Numbered from the stretch's first letter, positions 1-10,053 are shown. The stretch is DNA of 64,000 bases from Bdellovibrionales bacterium (GCA_040380025.1 JBEIJY010000002.1:32001-96000), one strand, 5' to 3'. Program-made: numbers and translations. The notes: a model not told the origin generated them from the letters alone.

Positions 1-2
1 AT

Positions 3-1373
3 CATTCTGGTGGATCGGGCCCGGTTCGGCGCTGGCGCGATTATTTCGCCCAGAACCCTTCGTTGTCGCGGATGAGTCTCGGAATCCAGATGTCCGGCAC
101 GGAGCCCCTCGCGCGCAACGCCTCGACCCCGATGATTCCCGCCTCGATCGAGAAGCTGTTTTCGGCCAGTGCCGCGCTTCAGGTTCTCGGAAGCGCGATG
201 CGGTTCGAGAACCAGTTCACTGCGACCCTCGATACCGCCTCGGGTGCGGCCGGAAATCTCGAGTTCTTCGTGTCGGGCGATCCCACCTGGGCGAACGAGA
301 ATTACGAGACCCTGACTGCGCGTCTCGGTGCCGTGATCGACGCGCTCAAGCTTCACGGAGTCAAGCGCGTGCACGGGCCGGTGCGGATTCACTCCTTGCG
401 CCGGAATCTCGCGCGAGCCGAAAGGCCGAGCGGCTGGAACCCCGACTGGGTCCTCCAGTGCATGGCGCAGATTCAAACGGAGTTCCAGGCGAACGGCAAT
501 TGCGGAACCTTCCAGATCAGCTCGCCCGAACGATTCGCCTGGGTCACTCCGGGAGTGAGTGTCCCCGTGGTGGTCGATGTGGTTCGTTCCCGTTCGGGCA
601 CGAACTCGGTTCGGGTGGTGCCCGAGTTGGACGATCTCGGCCGGATCACCCGCTACACCCTGAGTGGCGGAATGGGCGCATCGCCGATTTCGTTCGTGCT
701 TCCGGTGCATGAAGGCAAAAGCTGGCTCAAGAATTTGTTTCTTCTTGCGCTCAAGCAGGCCTCGATCGAGTATCGCGCAAATGCTCTTCCTCCCCCCGAG
801 CCGGGCGAATCCGATCAGATCAAGGTCGATCTTTCGTCCCGCCCCTTGATCGAGATTCTTCGCTTGGCGGTTCAAAAAAGCCTGAACGGGGTGATGGACC
901 GGATCTATCTTGAGCTCGAACATTTTTTACAGGTTCCTGCGCGTACGGTCCTGGGGACCCATGTGGCGCTCGTGTCGGGGAGTCCGGCCCTCATGGAGGG
1001 AGTGAGTCTTCTGGACGGAAGCGGCTTGAACCTTCAGAACCGCGTTCGGGCGGATCTTGTGTACGCCTTCTTGAGCCATGTTCGGGAGATGTCGTGGTTC
1101 AGCGACCTGTTCGGAACGCTTGCCGTGGCAGGGGTTTCGGGCACATTGGAGACCCGTCCGGTTCTGACCGCATCGCCCTTCACGAACGGCAAGATTTTTG
1201 CCAAAACCGGAACTCTGACCGGAGTGACGAACCTTGCGGGGTATCTGGTGACAGGGCAGGGAGCGCCGCCCGAGCCCTTTGTGATTTTGAGCGGGTCGGA
1301 GTTCACCAGCAATTCAGCAAGGAAGTTGATTGATGGAATCGTGGTGAATTTTGCCATGCAGAACACCCCGTGA
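3..1373 (+). CDS. dacB: D-alanyl-D-alanine carboxypeptidase/endopeptidase (PBP4/DacB, peptidase S13); 5' end likely outside window
   Basis: SxxK (PASIEKL), SxN (KSLN) and KTG (AKTGTL) motifs, plus DGSGL; frame is open back to the window start. Confidence 0.85.
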   Translation, partial: HSGGSGPVRRWRDYFAQNPSLSRMSLGIQMSGTEPLARNASTPMIPASIEKLFSASAALQVLGSAMRFENQFTATLDTASGAAGNLEFFVSGDPTWANENYETLTARLGAVIDALKLHGVKRVHGPVRIHSLRRNLARAERPSGWNPDWVLQCMAQIQTEFQANGNCGTFQISSPERFAWVTPGVSVPVVVDVVRSRSGTNSVRVVPELDDLGRITRYTLSGGMGASPISFVLPVHEGKSWLKNLFLLALKQASIEYRANALPPPEPGESDQIKVDLSSRPLIEILRLAVQKSLNGVMDRIYLELEHFLQVPARTVLGTHVALVSGSPALMEGVSLLDGSGLNLQNRVRADLVYAFLSHVREMSWFSDLFGTLAVAGVSGTLETRPVLTASPFTNGKIFAKTGTLTGVTNLAGYLVTGQGAPPEPFVILSGSEFTSNSARKLIDGIVVNFAMQNTP

Positions 1374-1420
1374 TATTGAGACCTGAAGAAAGTGCCCCAA
1401 CAGAAAGAGACGGTAGCGAC

Positions 1421-3295
1421 ATGAACACTTCGAGCATTCGGTTTCCGGAATTCGTGAAAAACGAGACCCTGAAAAAATGGGTTGCCGAGACGGCGGCTCT
1501 GACCGGCGCAAAAGATGTTTATTTCTGTGATGGCTCGGACGAAGAATACCAACGCCTTTGCGACGGGATGGTCGCAAGCGGCATGCTGAAGCGCCTGAAT
1601 CCTGCGAAGCGCCCGGGAAGCTTTCTTGCTCTCTCGGATGCCTCGGACGTCGCCCGGGTCGAGGACCGCACCTATGTTTGCACCCGCAACAAGGACGATG
1701 CCGGTCCGAATAACAACTGGATGGCCCCCGATGAGATGAAAAAAACGCTCCAGCCGCTCCTTCAGGGGAGCATGCGCGGACGCACGATGTATGTGATCCC
1801 CTTCAGCATGGGGCCGATCGGGTCGCCCATTTCGCAAATCGGGGTCGAGATCTCGGATTCTCCCTATGTTGTTGTGAACATGCGGATCATGACCCGCATT
1901 GGCCGCAAGGTTCTCGAAGTCCTGGGCGATCAGCCCTTCGTGAAGTGTCTTCACACGGTCGGAGCCCCGCTCGAAGAAGGCCAAAAAGATTCTGCCTGGC
2001 CCTGCAACAAAGACACCAAGTACATCACCCATTTTCCCGAAGAAAAAACCATCATCTCGTACGGAAGCGGCTACGGCGGAAATGCTCTTCTGGGTAAAAA
2101 ATGCTTCGCCCTCCGGATCGCCTCATACATGGGGCGCCAGGAAGGCTGGCTTGCCGAGCACATGCTCATTCTCGGCGCCGAGAACACGAACACGGGCGAG
2201 AAGACCTATATTGCCGCCGCATTTCCGAGCGCCTGCGGAAAAACCAACTTTGCGATGCTGATCCCGCCGAAGACCATGAATGGCTGGAAGATCTCGACCA
2301 TTGGCGATGACATCGCCTGGATCAAGCCCGGCAAGGACGGGCGGCTCCATGCGATCAACCCCGAGGCGGGATACTTCGGAGTCGCTCCGGGCACCTCGCT
2401 TCGCACGAACGAGAACGCCATCAAGACCATCGCGAAGAATACGATCTTCACAAATGTGGCGCTCACCGAAGACGGCGACGTGTGGTGGGAAGGTCTGAGC
2501 GATGTCCCTCCTTCGAAAGTAACCGACTGGCAGGGCAACGAGTGGACCCCCGAGATCGGCAAAGCCACCGGCAAAAAAGCCGCGCACCCGAACGCGCGCT
2601 TCACCGCGCCCGCAAGCCAGTGCCCCTCGATCGACCCGAACTGGGAGAACCCGGAAGGGGTTCCGATCAGCGCGTTCATTTTTGGGGGCCGTCGCGGTAC
2701 GACGATTCCGTTGGTGGTCGAGCCTCGCAACTGGGAGCACGGAGTGTACTGGGCGGCAACCATCGGTTCCGAGACCACCGCAGCCGCGGTGGGAGCGCAA
2801 GGGCTCGTTCGTCGCGATCCGTTCGCGATGCTTCCCTTCTGCGGCTATCACATGGGCGATTACTTCCGTCACTGGCTCGAGATCGGCAAGGGACTCAAGA
2901 ACCCGCCCAAAATCTTCGGCGTGAACTGGTTCCGCAAGGGCGCCGACGGTAAGTTCATGTGGCCTGGCTACGGCGAGAACATGCGGGTGCTCGAGTGGAT
3001 TATCGGTCGGGTTCGCGGCACAGCGAAAGGCCGCGAGACCGACATCGGCACGGTTCCGAACTATCAGGACCTGAACTGGAACGGCCTTGCCATGACCGAG
3101 GCGCAGTTTGATGAGGTTTCGAAGATCGACAAAGAAGAATGGCGGCAGGAGCTGAAGCTCCAGAACGAGCTCATCGACCGCTTGAGCAGTCGCCTGCCGG
3201 AGCAGTTTGTCGAGATCCACCAGGCGCTCGAGGGGCGCTTTCAGGCCAAGTCCTCGTCCCTTCGCGGGGCGAGCATCACCTCGTTGATGTTGTAA
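1421..3295 (+). CDS. pckG: GTP-dependent phosphoenolpyruvate carboxykinase
   Basis: [43 protein letters not shown] motifs; ATG at 1421 chosen. Confidence 0.97.
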   Translation: MNTSSIRFPEFVKNETLKKWVAETAALTGAKDVYFCDGSDEEYQRLCDGMVASGMLKRLNPAKRPGSFLALSDASDVARVEDRTYVCTRNKDDAGPNNNWMAPDEMKKTLQPLLQGSMRGRTMYVIPFSMGPIGSPISQIGVEISDSPYVVVNMRIMTRIGRKVLEVLGDQPFVKCLHTVGAPLEEGQKDSAWPCNKDTKYITHFPEEKTIISYGSGYGGNALLGKKCFALRIASYMGRQEGWLAEHMLILGAENTNTGEKTYIAAAFPSACGKTNFAMLIPPKTMNGWKISTIGDDIAWIKPGKDGRLHAINPEAGYFGVAPGTSLRTNENAIKTIAKNTIFTNVALTEDGDVWWEGLSDVPPSKVTDWQGNEWTPEIGKATGKKAAHPNARFTAPASQCPSIDPNWENPEGVPISAFIFGGRRGTTIPLVVEPRNWEHGVYWAATIGSETTAAAVGAQGLVRRDPFAMLPFCGYHMGDYFRHWLEIGKGLKNPPKIFGVNWFRKGADGKFMWPGYGENMRVLEWIIGRVRGTAKGRETDIGTVPNYQDLNWNGLAMTEAQFDEVSKIDKEEWRQELKLQNELIDRLSSRLPEQFVEIHQALEGRFQAKSSSLRGASITSLML

Positions 3296-3324
3296 AAAAA
3301 GCCGCCCCGGGGAGGGGGCGGCTA
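3294..3324. terminator. Intrinsic terminator hairpin after pckG (A-tract on left, so U-tract on minus strand; possibly bidirectional)
   Basis: AAAAAAAGCCGCCCC-GGGGAG-GGGGCGGCT. Confidence 0.75.
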
Positions 3325-3858
3325 GTCTCATTCTCCTCCGAAAAAAACAATCTTTCCGTCTACGACTTTTCCACTCCGAAGGTTGGGGTGGTCAGGTGCT
3401 TGTACCCATTCGTAGATGTCTTGCCCTTTTTCCTTACGAAAGCTGCAATCCCAATCACCGATATATTCGTGTTTGCAGTCGCCAGAGAAAGCAACTTCTT
3501 CAAAGGTGTTAAGCGCACATTTTCCCCGCCCGTTCCGGGTAAGATACAGGATTTTCTTTAAGCCGTTCTGCGCGACGGAGCGATCGATTCCAATAATGGT
3601 TTGAGAAATGGTTGTAGAGTCGTATTGATTCCAACGATGGAAAAGGAGCGGATCGATTGATTGATGAGAGGTTTCCTCTTTGGTTCAATTTTCTTAATTT
3701 TTACAAAACCAGTCAGGTAAAAGAATTTCGAGAAAACACGGATGCGGGATTTTCCAATTAATTCAAATGTTTCTTTTGACTTGTGAGATCCATCCCCCAT
3801 TCGCGATCATTTTTGACTTGCCTCTGGCACTCCAGCCACTTACCGTTTGGACCTCAAA

Positions 3859-4905
3859 ATGAATGATGTTGCGATCCTGATACCCGCCTATAAACCGGAG
3901 GAAACTCTGTTTGCTTTGATTTCCGGGATTCAAAGAATCAAGAACGACATTAAAATCATTCTCGTCCAAGACGGGGTATTCCCCGAGCATGAAAATCTGA
4001 TTGAGCGAATTTTGCGTCTGCCCGGGGTGTTTTTGGTGCGTCATTCAGTGAATCTCGGAAAGGGTCGCGCACTCAAGACCGGTTTCAACGAAATTCTGGT
4101 GAATCATCCTGAGATCAAGTGTGTTGTCACGGCCGATGCCGACGGCCAGCATCTTCCCGAGGACATTCTGAACGTCGCCCGCTGTGTCGGATATGAAAAT
4201 CGCATCTGGTTGGGAAGTAGATTTGTTACCCTGAAAAACATTCCGATCAAGAGCAAGATCGGAAATACCCTTACCCGGTTCATCTTCAAAATCCTAATCG
4301 GCCTTGATCTTAAGGATACCCAAACCGGACTTCGGGGAATTCCATCAAATCTTTTGGCCCTCATGATGACCATATCGGGCGAGAAGTACGAATATGAGAC
4401 CAATATGCTGATTCGTGCCAAACAAGAGCGGATTGGCATTGCAGAAGTCGATATCGAGACAGTTTACATCAATCAGAACCGGGGTTCCCACTTCAATCCG
4501 ATTCTCGACTCGATGAGGATTTATTTTTTGATTTTCAGGTTCTTTTTCTCCTCCATTGCAACCAGCATGATCGACCTGATGGTGTTCTCATCCCTCGTCG
4601 CGGTCGGCGCACGCCTTGAGTTTTCGATTCTTGCATCAAGACTGGTGGCGGGAACGTTCAACTTCACCATGAACAAGCGGGTGGTCTTCAAGAACCTGTC
4701 CGCCGGACCGGAGGCCGCCCTGAAGTATTGGTTGTTGGTGCTCTTCATGGCGGGACTTTCGTATTTGGGTACGGTGGCGTTTTCATCGGGTGGGATGAAT
4801 GTGTATTTGTCGAAGGTGCTGATGGAGGCTTTGTTGTTCTTGTTCAGTTTCTCTGTTCAGCGGGATGTGATTTTTGACAAGAAGGATTCGCATGAAAGCG
4901 ACTGA
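3859..4905 (+). CDS. Bifunctional GT2 glycosyltransferase / GtrA-like flippase domain protein
   Basis: IPAY, NLGKGRAL, TADADGQH, DTQTGLR; C-terminal 4-TM GtrA-like region. Confidence 0.88.
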   Translation: MNDVAILIPAYKPEETLFALISGIQRIKNDIKIILVQDGVFPEHENLIERILRLPGVFLVRHSVNLGKGRALKTGFNEILVNHPEIKCVVTADADGQHLPEDILNVARCVGYENRIWLGSRFVTLKNIPIKSKIGNTLTRFIFKILIGLDLKDTQTGLRGIPSNLLALMMTISGEKYEYETNMLIRAKQERIGIAEVDIETVYINQNRGSHFNPILDSMRIYFLIFRFFFSSIATSMIDLMVFSSLVAVGARLEFSILASRLVAGTFNFTMNKRVVFKNLSAGPEAALKYWLLVLFMAGLSYLGTVAFSSGGMNVYLSKVLMEALLFLFSFSVQRDVIFDKKDSHESD

Positions 4906-5524
4906 TTGGGATGCGTATTACTCAAAGCCCTATAAAACCGCCACAATCACCCGGAAGATCACGTCAGGGAAACTCGTCGGGATTCTCGAAGAAATCAGGA
5001 TGGAACTGGGAAAGTCGCTTGAAATCATCGAGCTAGGCGGTGCGAACAGCTGCTTTTATGATGCAATCCGGAACGGGAATTCACCGGCTTCGTATTCCAT
5101 TTTGGACAATAATACGCTCGGATTGAGGAAGTTCCGCGAAAGGGCGCCGAACACGGCGGGGGATTTGATCGAGGCCGACGTTTTGAGTTATGAATCCCCG
5201 AAGGGCTATGATGTCGCTTTCAGTGTCGGGTTGATCGAACACTTTGACGAGGAAGATACCCGAAGGAGCATCAAGACCCATTGGGCTCTCGTGAAACCCG
5301 GTGGGTACATGGTTCTGTTTTTTCCGACGCCCACGTGGCTGTACCGGGTCACGCGAAAGGCCGCCGAGCTCCTCGGTCTTTGGATCTTCCATGACGAACG
5401 CCCTCTTCGGCCCGAAGAGGTCATCGCGGGATTGCATCCCGGCGCGACCGTGACCCGGAAGTTCATCATTTGGCCGATTTTTTTGACCCAATTCGCGCTG
5501 GTGGTGAAAAAACCGTACGCCTAA
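4892..5524 (+). CDS. Class I SAM-dependent methyltransferase
   Basis: IIELGGAN motif I, YDVAFSVGLIEHF, VKPGG; overlaps the upstream gene. Confidence 0.85.
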   Translation: MKATDWDAYYSKPYKTATITRKITSGKLVGILEEIRMELGKSLEIIELGGANSCFYDAIRNGNSPASYSILDNNTLGLRKFRERAPNTAGDLIEADVLSYESPKGYDVAFSVGLIEHFDEEDTRRSIKTHWALVKPGGYMVLFFPTPTWLYRVTRKAAELLGLWIFHDERPLRPEEVIAGLHPGATVTRKFIIWPIFLTQFALVVKKPYA

Positions 5525-7269
5525 TCGGGCATGCTCTCGTAAAAACGCAGATCACCCGATGTGAAGACCTGTTTGATTTTGTTCCGGTCCGAGGACTCAC
5601 GAAGGGTCTGCTCAAGAATCTCCGGGATTTTTTTCGGGATGACAAAGCAGTTTGTACCGGTTGATTCCAGCGCGAGCTTCAGTTTCCCCGCGTTTTCCAC
5701 GGTGGATGCTCTGAGATTGATGCTTTTGAAGAGCCGTTCAAAATCGGGAAGATATCCGTACACCGGATAATCAGACTGGAAAGTGGAGCACTTTTCCACC
5801 CAGTTTGAATACAAAAAGTCGGAAATGCACGGACTCAGATGGGTTTTGAGCTTCAGCTTCCGATGATGCAAATCCAGTTTCGATTCCGGATTGTTTTTTT
5901 GAACCAAGAACAGAACAGGGATCAAAATCGCGAAAGCCCACATCACCGATGCCCGCCGGAGGGGGGAGTTTTTCAGCTTTAGGGCGAGCCCTGCGAATCG
6001 GGAAAGCAGGCCTTCGCCGAAAATGCTTCCGTAGGAATAAGAGCAAGCGGCGAATCCGACCGAGAGGTTCCTGAAGTCGTAGCAAAAAAAAGCGGCCCAG
6101 ATCAGGAACAACAAGAGTGTGAATGCCGACATTCTTCTCTTCCAGCCCTTTTGCGTCACCATCCAGATGCCATGAGCGAGAAAAAGAGCCGAAGGCCATC
6201 CCATGGTCAAGATGGAATCATAAATTCTGAGGACCGGTGATTTTCGATCATAGATATCCTGTGTGACCCAGGAGACTTCGGACGCATTGATTCCGGATCG
6301 GATCAGGAACTCAGCATATGCATAGTAGGGTGCGACCAGGATCAAGGGGATCAGAAAAATCGAGGCAAATCGCCTGTTTCTTTGCGGAAACGATGCGTTC
6401 AGGATGGTCGCTTCCAGAAAGGTCAATGCAAGCACGAAAAATCCCGCCTGTTTCACGAGAGCTGCGCAGCTTGCGATCAGCGCCGCCAGCAGAAGCATTT
6501 TTGAGGACTCCTCGAACTGCAGTGCTCGGGCGAGGTTTCTTGCTTCTTCCAGAATCAAAAATGCCAAAGCGGCAAGAATGACGATGACGACATCGACATA
6601 ACCGTCGAAAAGGTGGGCTCCGAAATATTTTTTGATGAAGAAGAACTGGAAAAGAAGGAAAATCGCATGCGTGCCCGAAGAGCGGGCTCCGAGCGCGGTC
6701 AGATGGAGGAAAAACAGGAATACGATCGTCGGGATGATGAACAACACCAGGAATTGGTATTCGTGCCCGGAGAATCGATAGATCGCCCCCCAGAGGGCGG
6801 GGATGAGCTGGGGATAATGATAGGTTCCTGCCGGAAATCTTCCTTGAAACCAGTCCAAAGCCCAGCGATTCCACGAAACCACGGCATCCCAACCGGCAAA
6901 CACTCCGTCAAATCGTTCACTGTTCGAAACGAAGTACCCCCAGACCACCAAAAACAAAAGCAACGAAACCCTGTTTTTGAAGACGGGTTCGATCTCGTCG
7001 ATCAGGGGAGACAGCAAATCCCCGATTCGTATCGAACGCAAAAAGACGGTTCCGGCAGCCAGCGCCGCGAAAAAGTAGATCCACAGTGCTTGGGAGGCGT
7101 TCAAAAGAACCGAAAAAAACGAAACCTGGAAAATCAGTGTCGAACTCACGAAAAAAATGACCAGGAGGGACAGGAACGGGGGGAGCTTGATCCCGGCTTT
7201 CCGAAGAATCAGCCAGCCGGGAATGACGAGGGAAACCAGGGTTCCGAAAAAAAAGCCAAAAAAGGTCAT
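5521..7269 (-). CDS. Polytopic membrane protein, probable GT-C (ArnT/PMT-like) glycosyltransferase
   Basis: Many TM helices; WDA..SW..WA, YPQLIP, GYVD and ALVKQAG motifs typical of lipid-linked sugar transferases. Confidence 0.65.
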   Translation of the reverse strand: MTFFGFFFGTLVSLVIPGWLILRKAGIKLPPFLSLLVIFFVSSTLIFQVSFFSVLLNASQALWIYFFAALAAGTVFLRSIRIGDLLSPLIDEIEPVFKNRVSLLLFLVVWGYFVSNSERFDGVFAGWDAVVSWNRWALDWFQGRFPAGTYHYPQLIPALWGAIYRFSGHEYQFLVLFIIPTIVFLFFLHLTALGARSSGTHAIFLLFQFFFIKKYFGAHLFDGYVDVVIVILAALAFLILEEARNLARALQFEESSKMLLLAALIASCAALVKQAGFFVLALTFLEATILNASFPQRNRRFASIFLIPLILVAPYYAYAEFLIRSGINASEVSWVTQDIYDRKSPVLRIYDSILTMGWPSALFLAHGIWMVTQKGWKRRMSAFTLLLFLIWAAFFCYDFRNLSVGFAACSYSYGSIFGEGLLSRFAGLALKLKNSPLRRASVMWAFAILIPVLFLVQKNNPESKLDLHHRKLKLKTHLSPCISDFLYSNWVEKCSTFQSDYPVYGYLPDFERLFKSINLRASTVENAGKLKLALESTGTNCFVIPKKIPEILEQTLRESSDRNKIKQVFTSGDLRFYESMPD

Positions 7270-7394
7270 ATGTCACCCATCGAGAAGGTTTGATGTTTTG
7301 ATGACACATTTCGCCATCTTCAATTCAACTTGTCCAGCTCAATGGCAACGAAGCCCCATGTCCCGTTCTTGGGGCGCCATGGTAAAAACGCCTT

Positions 7395-7416
7395 TAAATT
7401 CAATAGTTTGAATTTA
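7395..7416. promoter_or_regulatory. Inverted repeat, putative transcription-factor operator in a divergent intergenic region
   Basis: TAAATTCAA-tagt-TTGAATTTA perfect 9-bp inverted repeat in AT-rich DNA. Confidence 0.5.
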
Positions 7417-7481
7417 CATGAATTTTTTACTCAAGTTTTGTCAAGCTTCTGCCGATCGGTATGGCAGGAGGAGTTCACAAC

Positions 7482-7709
7482 ATGGGTAAAGGTAAGAAAC
7501 CAGAAGTCGAAAGTTCCGGAGCCGCAGAAGCCTGCAAGTGCGGGGGATGCAAAAAGCCCTCAGCCCGGTTCTCGTTTTGCGGCGAGCACTATGAGTGGTT
7601 CAAGTTCGGTCTGATCACCAAGGCGGGCCAGAAGGTCGTGGACTTCGAGAAGAAGTTCGATCACTTCATGGCGCACCAGGAGCGCTGGAAGACCGGCAAG
7701 GCCGCGTAA
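7482..7709 (+). CDS. Small putative zinc-binding protein (75 aa)
   Basis: Strong RBS AGGAGGAG before ATG 7482; CKCGGC...FCGEH Cys/His pattern. Confidence 0.8.
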   Translation: MGKGKKPEVESSGAAEACKCGGCKKPSARFSFCGEHYEWFKFGLITKAGQKVVDFEKKFDHFMAHQERWKTGKAA

Positions 7710-7721
7710 AAAGTTCAAAAG

Positions 7722-7865
7722 TTTGGGTCCGGAGGGGTTCGGACCCGAAAAGTTGCCCTGAGGCGGCTCGTCCAAGACAGGGCAGAAGCGCTGTACCCAC
7801 CACCTCCTCAGACAGACGGCTCGGGTTCCACGAATGGTCGTGGGGCCCGGGCCTCTGATTTTGTT
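7722..7865 (+). ncRNA. Putative structured small RNA (three stem-loops, CCUCCU linker, terminator-like end)
   Basis: Stems 7722-7749, 7754-7784 and 7813-7857; G-U pairs in stems 1 and 3 work only on the + strand; U-rich tail. Confidence 0.55.
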
Positions 7866-7902
7866 GACAGGGGGGATGCGGGCCACCCTATGATTTCAGA
7901 TC

Positions 7903-8661
7903 ATGAAATGGCTCATTCTTAGAGGTCTCGTGCGCGAACAGCGGCACTGGGGCCCGTTCAAAGCGGAGTTCGAACGCTATCTGCAAGCGCGGGACCCCTC
8001 GGCCGCGGTTCATGCGCTTGATTTTCCGGGGTTTGGCACCGAGCGTGCGAGACCCTCTCCCTTTTCGATCGAAGAAATCGTCGACGACCTTCGCGCCCGG
8101 TGGAGGGCGCTGAAGACTGACCCCGCCGAGCCTTGGAACCTCCTAGCGGTTTCTCTCGGGGGCATGGTCGCCATGAGCTGGGTTTCGCGGTATCCCGAGG
8201 ACTTCGGCAGGCTCGTTCTCATCAACTCGAGCGCGCGGGGCCTGAGCCCGCTCCATCGGCGCATGAAGCCTGAAAACTATCCCCGCGTCCTCGCGCTCTT
8301 TTTGGAGCAAGACATTGCCGCGCGCGAGCGGAAGATCCTCGAGATGACGACGAATCTCTCGGGAAAGGCCCTTCTGGAGCGCGCCGATGTGCACGCCGCG
8401 TTTGCGTTGAAGGTGAACCGGCGGGATGCCCTGGCGCAGATCTGCTCTGCGATCCGGTTCCGGCCGCCCGCCCGAATTCCTGTTCCGCTCCTCGTGGTGG
8501 GGGGCAAGGGCGATCGTCTGGTCGATGCTTCGTGCTCCGAGCGAATCGCCGAGAAATACCGCGGAAAGCTTGTTTTGCACGAAACTGCGAACCACGATCT
8601 CGCGCTTGACGAGCCCCGCTGGCTCATGGAGCAGATCGACGCTTGGATTTCGGGCGCTTGA
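7903..8661 (+). CDS. Alpha/beta hydrolase
   Basis: LRGL..EQRHW, DFPGFG, nucleophile elbow AVSLGG, D (GDRLV) and H (NHDL) triad. Confidence 0.9.
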   Translation: MKWLILRGLVREQRHWGPFKAEFERYLQARDPSAAVHALDFPGFGTERARPSPFSIEEIVDDLRARWRALKTDPAEPWNLLAVSLGGMVAMSWVSRYPEDFGRLVLINSSARGLSPLHRRMKPENYPRVLALFLEQDIAARERKILEMTTNLSGKALLERADVHAAFALKVNRRDALAQICSAIRFRPPARIPVPLLVVGGKGDRLVDASCSERIAEKYRGKLVLHETANHDLALDEPRWLMEQIDAWISGA

Positions 8662-8666
8662 CTTTG

Positions 8667-8686
8667 GTGCATCACTAGTGATGCAC
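8667..8686. promoter_or_regulatory. Perfect 20-bp palindrome, probable toxin-antitoxin autorepression operator
   Basis: GTGCATCACTAGTGATGCAC just downstream of -35-like TTGACT (8658-8663) and upstream of the antitoxin ATG. Confidence 0.75.
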
Positions 8687-8704
8687 TAGGTCTTGGGAGC
8701 ATTT

Positions 8705-8926
8705 ATGGCGGCAAAAAATCCGAGACTCAATGTGGTCCTCTCGCAGGACACGATGGGGGTCATTGAACAGATTGCAAAAAAAGAGGGGAAGTCTCTCTCT
8801 GTGGTCGCCAAAGAATTGATGGAGGACGCCATCGAGAAGCACGAGGACCTCCTTCTTTCGGAGATGGCGATGAAGCGCGAAGGCAAGGCAAGCAAAACGA
8901 TCACTCATGACAAAGCCTGGAAGTAG
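8705..8926 (+). CDS. Ribbon-helix-helix (CopG/RelB-like) antitoxin
   Basis: RLNVVL...IAKKEGKSLS RHH pattern; acidic C-terminal half; overlaps the RelE toxin. Confidence 0.8.
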   Translation: MAAKNPRLNVVLSQDTMGVIEQIAKKEGKSLSVVAKELMEDAIEKHEDLLLSEMAMKREGKASKTITHDKAWK

Positions 8927-9197
8927 CTCCGAAGCCTTCTCGATCGAGTACCTGCCGGCCGTGGTCGATGAGGACATTCCGGCTCTTCCAAAAAGCGTCA
9001 AAAATCAAATCAAAAAGGCGATCGAAACCCGACTGGTTGCCGATCCGATCGGTCCGGGGAAACCCCTTCGATATAGCTTCAAAGGGCATCGTAAAATCCG
9101 TGTTGGGGATTACCGGATTGTTTACCGCGTCGATGTCGAACTTCGTGTGGTTACCATTGCGATCATCAAGCATCGCCGGGATGTGTACGAGAAATGA
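8907..9197 (+). CDS. relE: Type II toxin, RelE/ParE family (RelE/StbE-like)
   Basis: GKPLR..KG.RKIRVGDYRIVY...HRRDVY signature. Confidence 0.9.
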   Translation: MTKPGSSSEAFSIEYLPAVVDEDIPALPKSVKNQIKKAIETRLVADPIGPGKPLRYSFKGHRKIRVGDYRIVYRVDVELRVVTIAIIKHRRDVYEK

Positions 9198-9273
9198 CCT
9201 GCTTCGTTTGACTCGCTCCGGGACTCATGAAAAAATGGAAATTGTGACCTGACAGTCTAGGAGGGACGAGTCC

Positions 9274-10053
9274 ATGTCGAACCATTCCAATCCGTCGAAT
9301 TCCCCGAATCCCCAGCTTCTTCAGCAGCGCCTGAGCGTGCGCGAGCAAGAAATCAACGCCCTCAAAATCCAGAACCGCCATTTGCTCGAGCGAATCGAGG
9401 AGCTCGAAAAAAAGGCCGAGCCGAACCGGATCGACACCCGTTTTGTCGCGGACGAGGTGAACCGGGCGCTCGATCCGGTTCTTCAGCAAATGAAGTCGAC
9501 CGTGAATTCCTCGTTCGAGATTCTTCAGAGCACGATGCGCGGAATTTACCAGCAAAGCCAGCGGGCCGAGAAAGCCGTGTCTGATATGTCTTCCCAAACC
9601 CGGGAACTCGAAATCCGCCTGAATGACCAGCGAAAGCAGGACCAAACCTACTACCAAGACCGGATCCTCTCGATTGTCTCGGGGTTTTGTGATCGCCTTG
9701 AACGGCAAATTGACATCCGCCTGCGGGCGCTCGGTTCGATCGAGCTCGTGATCGGAAAACAAAACGAGATCCTCTCGGATCTCGAAACCCTGAAGAGTGT
9801 CGTCGAGTCCGCGCAGCGGAATACCGAGGCCGGGCGCGCCGATGTGGGCCGGGTCGAGAAAGGATTCGGCGGCATCCAGGAACAACTCGTCGAGATCCAG
9901 CTGAATGTCCGATCGGCCGGTGAACTGGTCAAGGACACGCTCCAGCAGGCGCAGAGCCACCGCGCCGAGATCCGCATGATTCGGGCCGAATTGAAGCAAA
10001 CGGTCGATCTGAATCGTGATGACAGTGTCATCGCGCCCGAATCGATTCTTTGA
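9274..10053 (+). CDS. Hypothetical coiled-coil protein
   Basis: RBS AGGAGG; Q/E/R/L-rich heptad composition. Confidence 0.75.
   Translation: MSNHSNPSNSPNPQLLQQRLSVREQEINALKIQNRHLLERIEELEKKAEPNRIDTRFVADEVNRALDPVLQQMKSTVNSSFEILQSTMRGIYQQSQRAEKAVSDMSSQTRELEIRLNDQRKQDQTYYQDRILSIVSGFCDRLERQIDIRLRALGSIELVIGKQNEILSDLETLKSVVESAQRNTEAGRADVGRVEKGFGGIQEQLVEIQLNVRSAGELVKDTLQQAQSHRAEIRMIRAELKQTVDLNRDDSVIAPESIL

Noticed and set aside
7722..7865. Calling the structured RNA a 6S RNA because of ACCCACC...GGGTTC
   Set aside because: It folds as three local hairpins rather than a long rod with a central bubble and is short for 6S; left as an unassigned sRNA.
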